NCBI GenBank assembly: GCA_002269645.1
Contig: NIVC01001995.1
Span: 124,001-188,000, forward strand
DNA length: 64,000 nucleotides
Reading direction: 5' to 3'
Origin: Macrostomum lignano
Taxonomy: Eukaryota
The notes beneath the pieces are model-generated. The model saw only the letters and a list, made by a program, of their open reading frames with translations. It was not told where the DNA came from and ran no database searches. Each line of letters starts with the position of its first letter. Position 1 is the stretch's first letter. The position numbers and the translations under genes are program-made. Of this stretch, positions 46,822 to 59,024 are shown piece after piece.

Positions 46822-47569
46822 TGTTGTGTCTCAACCTAATGGCCGCTGGACAGGTCAGGGTTCGGATCCTCCTGCCTAAGACACCCCGGTCCCAGCCCTC
46901 TACCCCGGCTACTCCTACGCACCCTTCACTCGGCTTGGCGAGAGTTCGCCAGACCGATCACCCTGGTATCAGTGAGAGTTCACTGGCCCCAGGTCCCTAC
47001 AGATCCTAGCCCCACCCGGCAACCTAGGAGAAGAAAGCACGCGCTCATCTCTGCATTACAGACTTATTTGCGAAGCATTTATTGGCGAAGCATTTATTGG
47101 CACAAAGCAGAATAATCAGCGATTGTGGGAGTCACAAGTTATTAGCTTGCAGAGAGCAAGTTTGCAGAGGGACGCCGATGGATGGATGGGATAGAATATA
47201 AACAAAAAAGAAAGAAAGAAATGTGGAGTGCAGCACGCTCAGGGCTAGCCCTTAAATAATATAACACAAAAAAGGGGGAAGGGGTGGGGCAGAATGGAGA
47301 GGGCAAGCCAAACCCTGGGGCCCAGCCAGCTTATCAGCCAGCCAGCCAATATGAGCAGCCCCAGGGTAAGGCGGGCAAAGAGGGAGGGGGTAGGGTCAGC
47401 ATCAGTACCCAGATTGGACAGAAGTTGGGCCGGGGGCTGGGTGCAGAAAGGGGTAGGCTAGGGTTAAGGCTTATGCCTCTCACAAACCCTGGCACGGGCG
47501 CGAGACAGGGGACAGGGCGGGGTGGCAAGAAAACTGAAAACACAATCACTAGAAGGGCGCAGCCCAACA
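46822..47569. mobile_element. Probable solo LTR (748 bp)
   Basis: TGTTG...CAACA ends, and a GC-rich island in AT-rich flanks. Flanks AAATA/ATATA form a 5-bp TSD with one mismatch. AATAAA on the minus strand near 47080-47100. Confidence 0.55.
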
Positions 47570-48020
47570 ATATATTAATAATATCTAATCTTTAGCTTTT
47601 ACTTAAGCTAAATACTTAAAATAGGCCTAGTTATTTTACTTTTTATTATCACTCATAAGAAAGTCTTTATTTGCTTTAATATTAATAATAATATGAAGAA
47701 ATAAATGATATTACCAAGATTTATAGTCATGGAAACTCTGGCTCATCTGTGTGTGACAATGATAGCTAGACAATTAAGATTTAGAATGACTAAAAGCTTT
47801 AAGACAAAGACTTAAAGACTTAGAAACAAATACTTAAAAACTCAAAAGTTAAGAAGATAAAAAGGTTTTTTTGAAAAATAGACCATTTTTCTCGTGTACT
47901 TAGGTAGGATATTTGGCACAAAATGAGAAATGAGGGTCATTGGCATTGGGTGCCATTGGCATTGGGTGCAATACTAATAGAGGGTTTAGATTCCTTCGCT
48001 TCTAGACTATAGGCTTAATA

Positions 48021-50093
48021 GGTAGCAAGTCAATTTGCCAAAAGTTGATTTGCCAAAAGTAGGTTGTTTTGCTAAAGGTTGTTTTGCCAAACAAACAAAC
48101 AATGAACAAATAAATAAAATGAACAAATAAAGAAATTAAATGTTAAATGCTAGATATAAAATGATAAAATCAATTGATGACCCTATCTATGAATAAATAA
48201 ATAAGGTAAAATGTAGAATGTTAAATATTAATATATAAAACCACTTGTTTTATAAATAAAGTGGTAAAATACATGCACATTGTGGCTTACAAAACAGTAG
48301 CCTGAAATTATAGAGTTTGCTGCATAGTAAGCCTATCTCAATTCATTATTCATAATTCATAAAATATAAAGTAATAGTTTTATATTATTGTATTGCTTGT
48401 TTATCTGAAAATGTCTTTCTCAAGAAGGAAAAGTGTCTTACAATATATGTTGGCTCAACTGTTATATAGCATGCATATGTGGCAGTTGTAATACAAAAAA
48501 TTATTCTCCCCATATTTCAATATATAAAAATGAAACACTGTGTATCTGTGTGTGTGTGTGTCTATGTATATATTCGCTATGGACTCTTAAATGGTAAGTC
48601 GTAAAAAGATGGGACTTAAACTAATAGACACAAATTTTTACGGGGAATGCTTTAGGCTAATAAAAATAGGGGTCCTAACTAAAGAAATGGCTAAAAATGG
48701 CCTAACACCTGTTTTTTCCTCTCAGTAATGTATTTTTGCTTGCAGAGACTAAAAGCTATGTTTATAGTCGATTTCTCTCTGGCTGAGGCTAAGAAAACAA
48801 GCTACACATACATAGAGTGCTAACATTAAATAGCATTTACCACTGCTTTATTAATGCACATTTTAAGTTTGAAGTTAGCTTTTTTCCTTAAGACTATACT
48901 CATAGGCCTAGACAACAATTGATATGGAATAAAGTTCTTGATAGTTTAGCTTTTATGCTTCCCAAAAAGGGCACTCTTAGAAAGATATTAGCAGTTGCTA
49001 GAAGGCTTAGACAGGCAAGAGATAATGAATCAAAAGAAGCAAGAGAGCAGTGGCAAGCTGCTAACAGAGCTTGCTCAAATGTCAGCTACTTGAAATTTAG
49101 AAACGACAGTGCAGAGAGAACAAAGACTAGCTGCTAACAGAGCTCAAATGTTAGCTGCTCAAAATTAACAAATGATAGCATAGAGAGAACAAAGACCAAC
49201 TGTTAACAGAGCTCAAATGTCAGCTGCTCAAAATGAAGAAACAACAGCATCAGAGAGAACAAAGACTAGGCCTAGCTACTAACAGAGCTCAAATGTCAAC
49301 TGCTCAAAATGAATAAATAATAGCACAGAGAGAACAAAGACAAGCTGCTAACAGTAAAAGAACATCTTAAGCATCTTAAGCAAGGGATACAGAACTACCA
49401 GAAGAATGGCTAGTAAGGCAAAAAGCAAATAGAGAAAGAACTTTGGCCACAAGGCAAAATGCACCTCCTGATCAGATAGACAGGCAGTGTCTCAAAGACC
49501 ATAAGAGAGAAGAAAGAGGAGAGAATAAGGAAGAGTAGAAAGGAGAGAGGAGTGATTGAAAAGTGGAGATGGTTGAGAAGAGTGAGGAGAGGAGAAAAGT
49601 TTTAAAGGCCTCAAATCTTAATTTAATACTATATTTATTCCAATTCTATTTACCTCTATCCCCACTACTTATAAGTGTTCATTTGAGTATGACTTTAGGT
49701 ATGCAAAAACAGTTCCAGGGATTGGAATTCAGTGGGTTAAAATTCACTTAAAAATCTGTGGGTTTTAACAACTCATTTTTGATAAAAATTAAAAGAATTG
49801 TGCTAGCAGGAAATTTTCTATAGTTGATAATCAAAAAAAAATTATTGGCAATGACAAAAAAATCAAACTCACAACCTTATGTACATGACCCCAAATATCA
49901 CACCATGATACCAGAAAAAAATTGTTAGCACTAGGCCTAGGCCTATAGCTAATATTTCTATTTAAATTAGTATTTGGTAGATACATCAGTTTCCAAAACA
50001 GGTTTTTGGCAAATCAACTTTCAGCTAGGCCCTAAAATGTATTTGGTGAATCAACTTTTGGCAAAAAGGTTTTTGGCAAATCATCTAGTATTT
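48021..50093. mobile_element. Old, CpG-depleted TIR element with a 9-bp TSD (MULE-like)
   Basis: GGCTTAATA at 48012-48020 and 50094-50102. Inverted subterminal motifs AAAGTTGATTTGCCAA / TTGGCAAATCAACTTT. No transposase recognised. Confidence 0.5.
49055..49355. repeat. Degenerate ~65-70-bp tandem repeat, about 4.5 copies
   Basis: Recurring ACAGAGCTCAAATGT.AGCTGCTCAAAAT...GAGAGAACAAAGAC. Confidence 0.85.
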
Positions 50094-51025
50094 GGCTTAA
50101 TAGATAATAGGCAACAACATAAAATCCTAGGGCCTACCAAAGATGTATTGAATGGTGAATACTTTAATAAATGTAACATAAAAAGGTTGGTCTAGTCTAG
50201 GCCTACATAACATGAGCCATAGTATATGAATATATACCTTTCCTTATGACTACACTAGGCCTAGTCCACATTACCTAGTCTAGAATCATAGGATTCATAG
50301 ATGTAGAGGCCTAGCTATGCCCTAAATGTATAGGCGCAACGACTATTTGTCTGTGTTTCAATTCCAATGATTAGGCCTATTAATGACATGATATTCGATC
50401 AAAATAAAAATTTTTATTTTCCATTTAAACTAAATTTACATACACAATTTCAGGCCTATTACATCGCATCGGCGTCATTCATCGCATCGGTCGACAATCG
50501 ACATGCTCCATCAATGCAAAATCGAAATCGAATGGATGATGAATTCACGCTTGGGCGATTCTCATCGTAGTAGTAGTAGTAGTAGTAAATTTGGCTTAGG
50601 CAAGGAGCCTGTTTTGCCAGTATTATACGATGTATTTAGTATTTGTTCACAAGGTTATATATTTTTACACGATCGCTGAAAACGAGTTACGATATTTGTA
50701 TAAGTAAGGTATTTGAAAGAGCGTCTGGAATTTTTTTACGGTTTTTTTTTCAGCCGACTAACCACTAACGACAGAACGACAAGATTCTTTCGAAAGAGTT
50801 TGAAATGGAAATCGAAAATTGAAATTTTCCGTAGTTTATTCGTTTAAATCGAAATAAACTCGAATGCAAGATGTAATGAGACTATAGGACTAATAAGAGG
50901 ACAAATATTGTCGCCAATCATTTGCATTTTTATTTATATACTGCGCTAGATACAATTAAAGACAGTTAAAAATAGACAGAAAAATATTTTTCTTAGAAAA
51001 ATGGTTTTGACTCGAGAGAGGATCT

Positions 51026-51859
51026 TGTGGTAGGCGAGGCCTCCCACTACCCCCCACTGAATGTAACCTTATTTTCCACGGTGTGGAGGATTTTACTCAG
51101 TGGATTCCGAACATTGACGTCACTTTCCCTGCGCGGAAAGCGTTTCACGCAAATGTAATTTTCCTTCCCACCCCCTGGCTAATTTGTTTTACTGCGTTTT
51201 CCATAGGGTCCACCCGGTGTTTAGTCGTCACCACCCGGTGTACCCTCCCCTCTCCCCACCGTGTGTCTTTTTGGTCCCACCCGGGGTAACCCGCTTCCGC
51301 CCGGTGGTTCCTATAAGAACCTAATTTAAGAGTCTGCGCCCCGCCTTTCCAGCCAGACTCTCGTGTCCTTTGCCCGAACTCCAAGGAATCCCGCCGACCC
51401 GACTCAGACCACTACTACGAGAGGTTCCTAAGAACCTCTCTAAAGTGTGGTCTAAAGATACATTAGACCCCCCTATCTTGCAGTAAGCCCAGTATCCCGA
51501 CCCGACCAGCTCCTCGTCCACGGCCAATTTAAGTCTAATTTTAAGAGAATTGTTTTGTTATACTTAATCTTGCTACTTAACTTAGTGCCGCCTAATAATA
51601 ATAATTACCCAGTTTTCGGCCAAATATTTATACCGGCCCATTTAGTTCTGTGTGTGAAACGGTGTCTTAGCTTCGTGACCTCGGAAGCACTTTATTTGAC
51701 CCTTAGAGGTCTATCGAGAAGCGCTAGAGCAAACTCGAGCTAGTTTTCCAGCTTTAGAGCTTTTCCCGCGTAAAATCGCGGTGGTGGCAGCGACCTACTA
51801 CTATTAGTAACACACTCGTGAAATTTTAGTTTATTTTGAAGTGCCCCTCATCGGCTACA
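51026..51859. mobile_element. Possible solo LTR (834 bp)
   Basis: TGT...ACA ends; flanks GATCT/AATCT (one mismatch). CpG-rich island with a TATA-like CTATAAGAA at about 51310. Confidence 0.4.
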
Positions 51860-52041
51860 AATCTCTGCATTCGGCCTTCTGAACGTCGGCATACTAGACC
51901 GCTCAGCCGCGACCACAGCTACTCTCCCCCAGAGCCTGAGGAACTCAGCAGCGGAGCTCCCCGTCATCTACAAGCCGAAATCTTCGTTAAGTTTGTTTGA
52001 AACGACAAAGCGCTCCGATTCGAACGGACGAGAACGAACGA

Positions 52042-52386
52042 ATTTCAAGAAGCCCAGTCAGAGAATAGTTTTCAAACCCCCCGACCTCAATCTTATTGTG
52101 GGTCTTTTCACAGTTACCGATTCCAGAACTAAAAATACCGTAAAAATATTCTGGCGCGCTTTCAAATACTTCATCTTTTACAATAACTCGTCAAGTCGTC
52201 TTTATAAACTTCTATTTCGAAAATTCTTCCAAATACATAGCTCTATAATATATTGGCCAAACAGGCTAATTGCCTGAGCCAAATTCTTACTACTACTATT
52301 TCAAGAAGCCCAGTCAGAGAATAGTTTTCAAACCCACCCGACCTCAATCTTATTGTGGGTCTTTTCACAGTTACCGATTCCAGAAC
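52042..52386. repeat. Dispersed direct duplication of ~86 bp (52042 and 52298)
   Basis: ATTTCAAGAAGCCCAGTCAGAGAATAG...CCGATTCCAGAAC occurs twice. Confidence 0.9.
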
Positions 52387-52601
52387 CAAAATCGGTTTAG
52401 ATCTTCCAAAAAAGCAGTATAACAATTTTACTTTGTTGAATGTTTGACTGCCTTAACAGCCCTACTTTGCACAATTTTTCACTTTTTCCTTGGCTATTGA
52501 CTGTCATTCAATAATTAAAAGTTTATAGCATGCATGCATGTGATGTATAGGCCTACGATCCTATCCCTTTGGCTTTAGTTTAAGAGACATGAGGTTAGGC
52601 C

Positions 52602-52899
52602 CATACATGCGCAACAGTCGGCCGAGTCGGCCGATCTGGCCGACCGATTTGGCGGCCAACCAAGGAAGTCGCAAAAATGCCCACCCGAAAAAACACCCAA
52701 GTGGTAGTACTAAGTAGCTGACGAGACATTTTGGCTTAATAAGACAGTTATAGTTACTCCTGCCGTTTACCCAAAGTTGCGTTGATTTTGCTTTTGGGTT
52801 TTTTTACATGTAAGTCGCATTTTTGGCCAAAAAGTACGTCGCATTTTTGTTAAAACTAAGTCGCACGGCCGACCGAAATTTGGGGGTTGCGCATGTATG
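52602..52899 (-). mobile_element. MITE family copy 3 (inverted orientation)
   Basis: Same TIRs; 8-bp TSD GTTAGGCC. Confidence 0.9.
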
Positions 52900-53305
52900 G
52901 TTAGGCCTATACGTTAGAAAATATATATGGTTCTAGAACCAAAACAAGCAATGTATATGAAAAGGCCCCAGATTATGAATCTGAATAGAAAGGTTCAAAA
53001 TGAATTGAAATTGGGCAAAACTGCAAAATATATTGTTTGTTCTAGTTTTGGAACTGAGTAAAATCAGATCAAATTTGTCAAGTAAAACTCTTTTTTCATT
53101 CATTTTTAGTAGCAATGCCACCTATCCATTTTTGCTAAGCAACTAACGTCTAAAGCCTATCACATTACATTATAATGGCCTATTCATGATTCTTAGACAT
53201 AATCAAGAGTTTAAGTAGGCCCCATAGCTTAGTCTATACACGTAGGCCTATAAAACCTATATATAATGTATAATAGTAGAGTAGGCCTAGGATTATATAT
53301 TTCAA

Positions 53306-55199
53306 GGGAGCACGAGAAATGCCCGCAGACAAATTGCCCGCCGAGATTTGCCCACAGGAGATTTGCCCGTGGAGATTTGCCCGCCGAGCTTTTCCCGCGG
53401 AGATTTGCCCGCAGTGCATTTTGCCCGCAAGCGAATTGCCCGCCGAGTTTTTTTCCCGCCGAGGTTTGCCCGCAATGCTTTTTTCCTGCAGCGCATTTAG
53501 CGACGCGGCAGATTTTGTCTGCATTGCCTTCCCAATGCTTAATACGTGTTAATCTCAATAAAGAGATTTACACAATCAAAACGTTTTGATAGTAACTGCA
53601 TATTAAATGCATATTTTTTTTGGGGGGGGGCAATACAGACAGAATCTAGCTGCCAAATGCGCTGCAGGAAAAAAGCATTGCGGGCAAACCTCGGCGGGAA
53701 AAAACTCGGCGGGCAACTCGCTCGCGGGCAAATTAAGGGCAACTCGCTCGTTCGCTGGTGGGCACTGCGGGCAAATCTCGGCGGGCAATTTTCGGCAGGC
53801 AAATCTCCACGGGCAATTCGCTCACGGGCAAAATGCACTGCGGGCAAATCTCCGCGGGAAAAGCTCGGCGGGCAAATCTCCACCCCTATTGGAATAAGTG
53901 GTATTTTCGCGGACGGCGTCCGGCGCACTTTTTCTTTTTCCTCATAGTCATGGCGCATGGCGCGCTACGCGCGCCATGCGCCATGACGCACAGCAGCTCA
54001 CAGGTAAGATGCAAGGAGGACATCACGCGCTACATACAGCGCTGCTGAACAAGGATGAGAAGCATGCACAGGAGAAAGTCAGCAGCACGGTGGAAATTCA
54101 GCAAACTGTAAGTAAAACTTGTTTTTCTAATTTCTATAACTTTGATAATATTGCTATGGGCTATAGTATAGCATATCTCCTATCATATGTATTGATTGCT
54201 GTGTCATCTAGAATATGCATGCAAGTTAATCGTAAAATTGGAAATTGTAGTTGAAAGATCGCAGCAGAAATGTTCTTTATTGCCTCATAAACATTATAAC
54301 ATAGTGCCAAATGCTAATTGCTCTTAATGTTCTCTTATAACGCAGTTGCAAGAAATAAAAAAGTAAACTAAATTCTATTAAAAGTCTCAACAAATTTTCT
54401 GCTTTGTTTAATTATCTTTTTGATTGGTTGCGCGTACATTTATTTATGCTGACATTTAAATGTGAAAATATTCTTCGAAACACCATGCTAAATAGTTATC
54501 AGATTTGATAACCCGACCCGAGCCAAAGTGCTACAACTACTACTGAAAAAGTGTGTGGATAAGGCAAAGACAATTTTGTTTGTTCGTGAACTCTGTGTTG
54601 TTCATCACGGAGTTTCTTCATTTTGTATTAACCGATTAGCCAAATTGAAGTAAAGGGTTTCAGTGTTCGTAATTATTTTAAGTACTCACTGATGCAATTG
54701 CCACACTATTTACATTATTTATTTTTCTTTGAATAGACCAACAATGTAACTTTGTAAGTCAAAAGACGAGTAGACTAAGAATTAAGAAATAGATACAACT
54801 ACAACAGAAGGGGGCAGAAGTACAGTACAGAACAGAGTGCAGTAAAACACAAGTGCGGTAAAACACACAACTTTCTCTCAATCTCTTTAAATCTCTCAAA
54901 AACGAGTGATGCATCATCAGAATGAACATGATAGAGACTGGAGTCATGCACAATATCACCTAAACCTAGAGTGCTATGGCACCCTAGGATTTGAAGATTT
55001 GAATGACACATCGTCCATACCACCTTAGGATTTGAAGATTGTCATGACGCACCGTCCAGGCCACTTTATGATTGCCATGGCGCACTAGATGCACTGTCCA
55101 CAGTGTCTGAAAACTTATTCCAATAGGGATCTCCACGGGCAAATCTCCTGCGGGCAAATCTCGGCGGGCAATTAGTCTGCGGGCAATTCTCATGGACCC
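53306..55199. mobile_element. Foldback-type MITE with long repetitive TIRs, middle layer of the nest
   Basis: 9-bp TSD ATATTTCAA at 53297-53305 and 55200-55208. Termini GGGAGCACGAGAAATGCCCGCAGAC / GTCTGCGGGCAATTCTCATGGACCC. The arms are built from GCGGGCAAATCTC repeats. Confidence 0.85.
53884..55128. mobile_element. Unclassified 1.25-kb TIR element, inner layer of the nest
   Basis: Perfect 16-bp TIR CCCTATTGGAATAAGT; 8-bp TSD ATCTCCAC at 53876-53883 and 55129-55136. Confidence 0.85.
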
Positions 55200-55876
55200 A
55201 TATTTCAATTCTTGGACACTTCATCATCTTACCACTTCGTCATCCACATTACTAATGTGGACACTTTATCATCTACTCCCTGGACACTTTGTCATCCACT
55301 TTTTGTATGAAAAACTTTGCTATATGTAACATGTATACTTGTTTATGCAACTACATGTATAAAGATAAAGATTAAACATTATACATGTATATATAGGCCT
55401 ATCTATATATAGTTGCCTTTCTCCTTATATATTCTGGGCTTGGGACCAGACAAAGGCAAAGTTACAACCCTCAAAGATAGTTGTTAAATACCATAATTTG
55501 TAGCTACAATAGGCACAAAGATCACAAAGTTCTCAAAGCACAAAGAGAATAGCATTAATATTTATATATTTAAATTACTGCAAAATTAATAGTACTAGGC
55601 CTAGCTAGTATTAAGCAAAAATTGCACAATTGCAAGTGTGATTTTTTCCTAACAGAATAATTCCATGGCTGATTTTAAAAATCAAGCAAGAACTTATATA
55701 CATTTAATATATGCTCATCAATGGCCTTGCACTTGATTGCCAAACCGAGGGATATGACCCAGGCAAAAGCAGCTAAGCAGGAAGCTGCAGATGGAAAGTT
55801 TGCCAGCTTGATATTTAGCCCAGTTGCACTCTGCAGACTCCTGTAGCTGCTGGTAATGCAACTTGCACTGGTGCTC

Positions 55877-56385
55877 TTAGGCTCCTTGCTCACACACCAG
55901 GCAGGCGTAAACTGGCACAAGCTTGGCTTCCTTGTGCAGCAACTTCATCAGCAGATATAGAATCAGCTGGGTATGCTCCGCCCGCTGCTTTAGTTGCCAG
56001 TGCCAGCCTTCGCACTTGTTGTTAGTTTGAATCAACTGGGCAAACATGCTTATCTCTTGGACACTATGCATAGAGCTGTCCAGCCAGGTGCTAGTGACAT
56101 ACTCAACAAGGTCGAGTTGTTCTGGAGACTAAACACCAGCAATAACCTAGGCAAGCCCACTAGCCATGTGTTTGCCTGGCAGATAAGGCAAGGCCATCAG
56201 TAAGCGGCAGAATTCTTGCATGCCAGGGTCCTTGAGATAAGCTCGCTGGAGGCCCATGTGCTATACACAGCAAAAATTGCTTGGGAGTAATGGAATAGGC
56301 AGCCCTGCAATTTAGCATGAGGAAAAATGGAGCATAGTGACTGCCAGACAGCAGCTTCAAAATCAAGCATGTATGACTCAGGACC
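55877..56385 (-). pseudogene. MULE transposase pseudogene fragment
   Basis: DFEAAVWQSLCSIFPHAKLQGCLFHYSQAI (second catalytic D plus CxxH), LMALPYLP, LVEYVTSTWL and QTNNKCEGWH. Contains a frameshift and stops. Confidence 0.9.
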
Positions 56386-59024
56386 TGCCTGGCCTCAATT
56401 ATATTCTTAAGTAAATTAAAGATAAAATTATAATCATGCATAGACTCTTTGACATCAAAGCAAATGCAAGCAAGCAGAACATTCTTCAAAGTAGTGCCTT
56501 GGCAATTTGAGGTGGGGGTGGAGAAAGAAAATAAATTGGTTTGGAAATTGCGATTAGGGTTTCCTCGAAACCAGTTAGCGTTACATTTGTACAAATAAAG
56601 CTGTAAAATCGTGCAGACGAATCACAAGGAATTTCTTCTCCTTTTACTCTGACAGCTAGGTTCTCAAGTCTGGAGAGGGTAGTCGTAATTGTAGCAGAGC
56701 AGTTGTAGAGCAGCACGGTCATTCAGATATAGAAACACCAGAGATTGCTGACACTGTAGATTAATGTGTCATTTGCTGAGCTGGTTACTTTTCAGTAGGG
56801 TAGTTGCTGCCACCACCATAATTTAGGTATTACGGAATGTAAAGGGTCTTAGAGCTTTCTTTGAGTTGAGACTTTGGTTATTTTTATGCCCCATGGGCAA
56901 ATGATTCAAGATATATATATATATTAATTCTAGGTGTGAGACCTGAGCTTGCCAACACCGGGGCCATGCAATGGCTATTGAGTAAAACTAACTGAAAATA
57001 TGCAGAAAATGATTAAAAACAACTAATGAAATACATTAGGCCAGAAATTAAGAAAACAAATTTCAATAAATGGTCCATACTTGGGGCCAACAAAGGGAAA
57101 GATGAGGTTATTGAACTACAGTTGGCCGCACGGGTTGGCACTCACGCAAGAAAATATTGGCATGCATTTGAATAAAAATTGAAATAAATTTAATTAACTG
57201 TGGCAACCCTACTGCCACAAATTCAATTAAATTTACAATGAGCACTAGTATCTACACATACATACTCGTACATTAAAGTGTGCATATGCAAACTGTGTAT
57301 AGATTGTGTACATTGGATGCCAATTATAGCGACAAATTGAATCTTTAAATGTGTATTTAATCCTGTATTTTACAGACTAAATTGAATGAATAACAATTTA
57401 TAACAATAACAATCAAAAAACAATTTATAGCTATGCTAAATCTTGAGATGATGAAGTGTCCTCAAAATTTGGTCACTTTGTTATCTAGATTTATTAACAA
57501 TTTTTTGATATGATGAAGCATCCAGAACCATCAAGATGACAAAGTGGTTAGATGATGAAGTGTCTAGAAACCATATATTTCTATATTTATAGCCTATTTA
57601 CACAAAAATTCCTATAATATAGGCTTACAAACTGATATACATGATTCAAAATTAAGGATTAATATATATATATATAATAAGAAAAAATGTATATATACTT
57701 ATTACTTAGGCCTATAGTTATATATTACTTAGGCCTATAGTTATATAATGATTAGACTACATAATTTAGCAGATAGTAAGAGGGACTAGTTCTGTTCTCT
57801 TTGTTTCTTTGTGTAAGTACTTTTATATGGAATATATAGGGTATATGCCCTATAGTACAATTTGTCCTGTATAGGCCTACCCTATAATATACCCTACAAT
57901 TTTGCAATATTACAACAAATTCAAACATAGCAACGTGACCCTTGCATGTCAAAAGTTAGGCGTGGCTGTGTGCATAGTTGGTATGCATTACTCCTAAGAA
58001 AATAGTATATGTAGGCCCTACAAACCTGGTATGCACTTCATAGAATCATGAGGACAATTTAAGATTAAGTGGAAAACAGATTAGAAAGTTCATTTTTAAT
58101 ATATTCTTAATAGATAATAGGTAACAACAAAAAAATCCTAGCTAAGATATGTTGAAAAAAGATTAAGACCTAGATTAGAAAGTTCATTTTAAAAATAAAT
58201 TTCAAGCTTTCTATTTTTTAAAGCTTATAATAAGGCATTTTAACATTGTTTCTGCATGTTAATTTTCTGCTATAAATAGTATAAGCAAGAAAAAAATAAT
58301 CAACCAAATTATTAGCCAATAGGGTCCTTTACATACTGTTGAAAAAAGAAAAGGTCATTTGTTGTCACAACACTAGCTTAGATTTGAAAGTGGGCATGCA
58401 CTCAAAAATTTTTGGTGTGCATTTGTAATTATTTAATTTTTGTTTGGGTGTGCACCTAGCATGATCTGGACTATAGGAGCCTTAAAGATGACTATTATAA
58501 TAGATGGCTTGCCACCAGTACCAACTAGGAAAAAGTTAAGGCAGTAGCTTAACTATTTGATAAGAATTGCCAAAGTCAAGTTGCCACAATTGTACATACT
58601 GGGCATCTTAGATGGGTCAGTGAATAGATAGTGGTTCAAAGTAAAAGTAAACAATGGCTATTTTTGCCATTGTAGGAGACCCTTGCCTTTGTTAGAGACC
58701 TGACATCCTGTTGCATCCACTGCTTAGACTAGTTCTTAATTCTGGAATCAAATGGTAGTCAGGTCAGTGAAATGCTAGAGAAAGCCCAGCTTTCTTGTTG
58801 CATTGTCAAAAATCAGCCTTTAGGATAATGCAATCGTCTATGGTTAAACCATGAGCACATTTATTTATTTTTTCACTTAAACTTCAGGATAATGATTTCA
58901 AACTCGGGATAATGGACACCTATTTTTAGAACAAAACAGCAAACACCAACAACAAAAGATTAGCGCTATGGAAAGTTAATTGTGCAGTATCAATATGGCG
59001 CAATTGTCATAGTGCCGAAGACCA

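Larger units (their letters stand above)
53304..57572 (-). mobile_element. Decayed MULE (Mutator) element, outer layer of the nest
   Basis: 9-bp TSD ATATATTTC at 53295-53303 and 57573-57581. ~35-bp TIRs (GGACACTTCATCATCTTACCACTTCGTCATC at 55214; inverse at 57535-57567). Contains a transposase remnant. Confidence 0.75.

Noticed and set aside
48919-49355. Helitron RepHel N-terminal charged repeats (RLRQARDNESKEAREQ)
   Set aside because: The resemblance is compositional only; no Rep or helicase motifs are nearby and the frame is closed.
50200-50245. Minus-strand IYYGS as a distant first exon of PRPF4 (human PHIYYGSLEE)
   Set aside because: It is a five-residue match in AT-rich decayed TE sequence with a nearby stop, no flanking similarity and no suitable donor.
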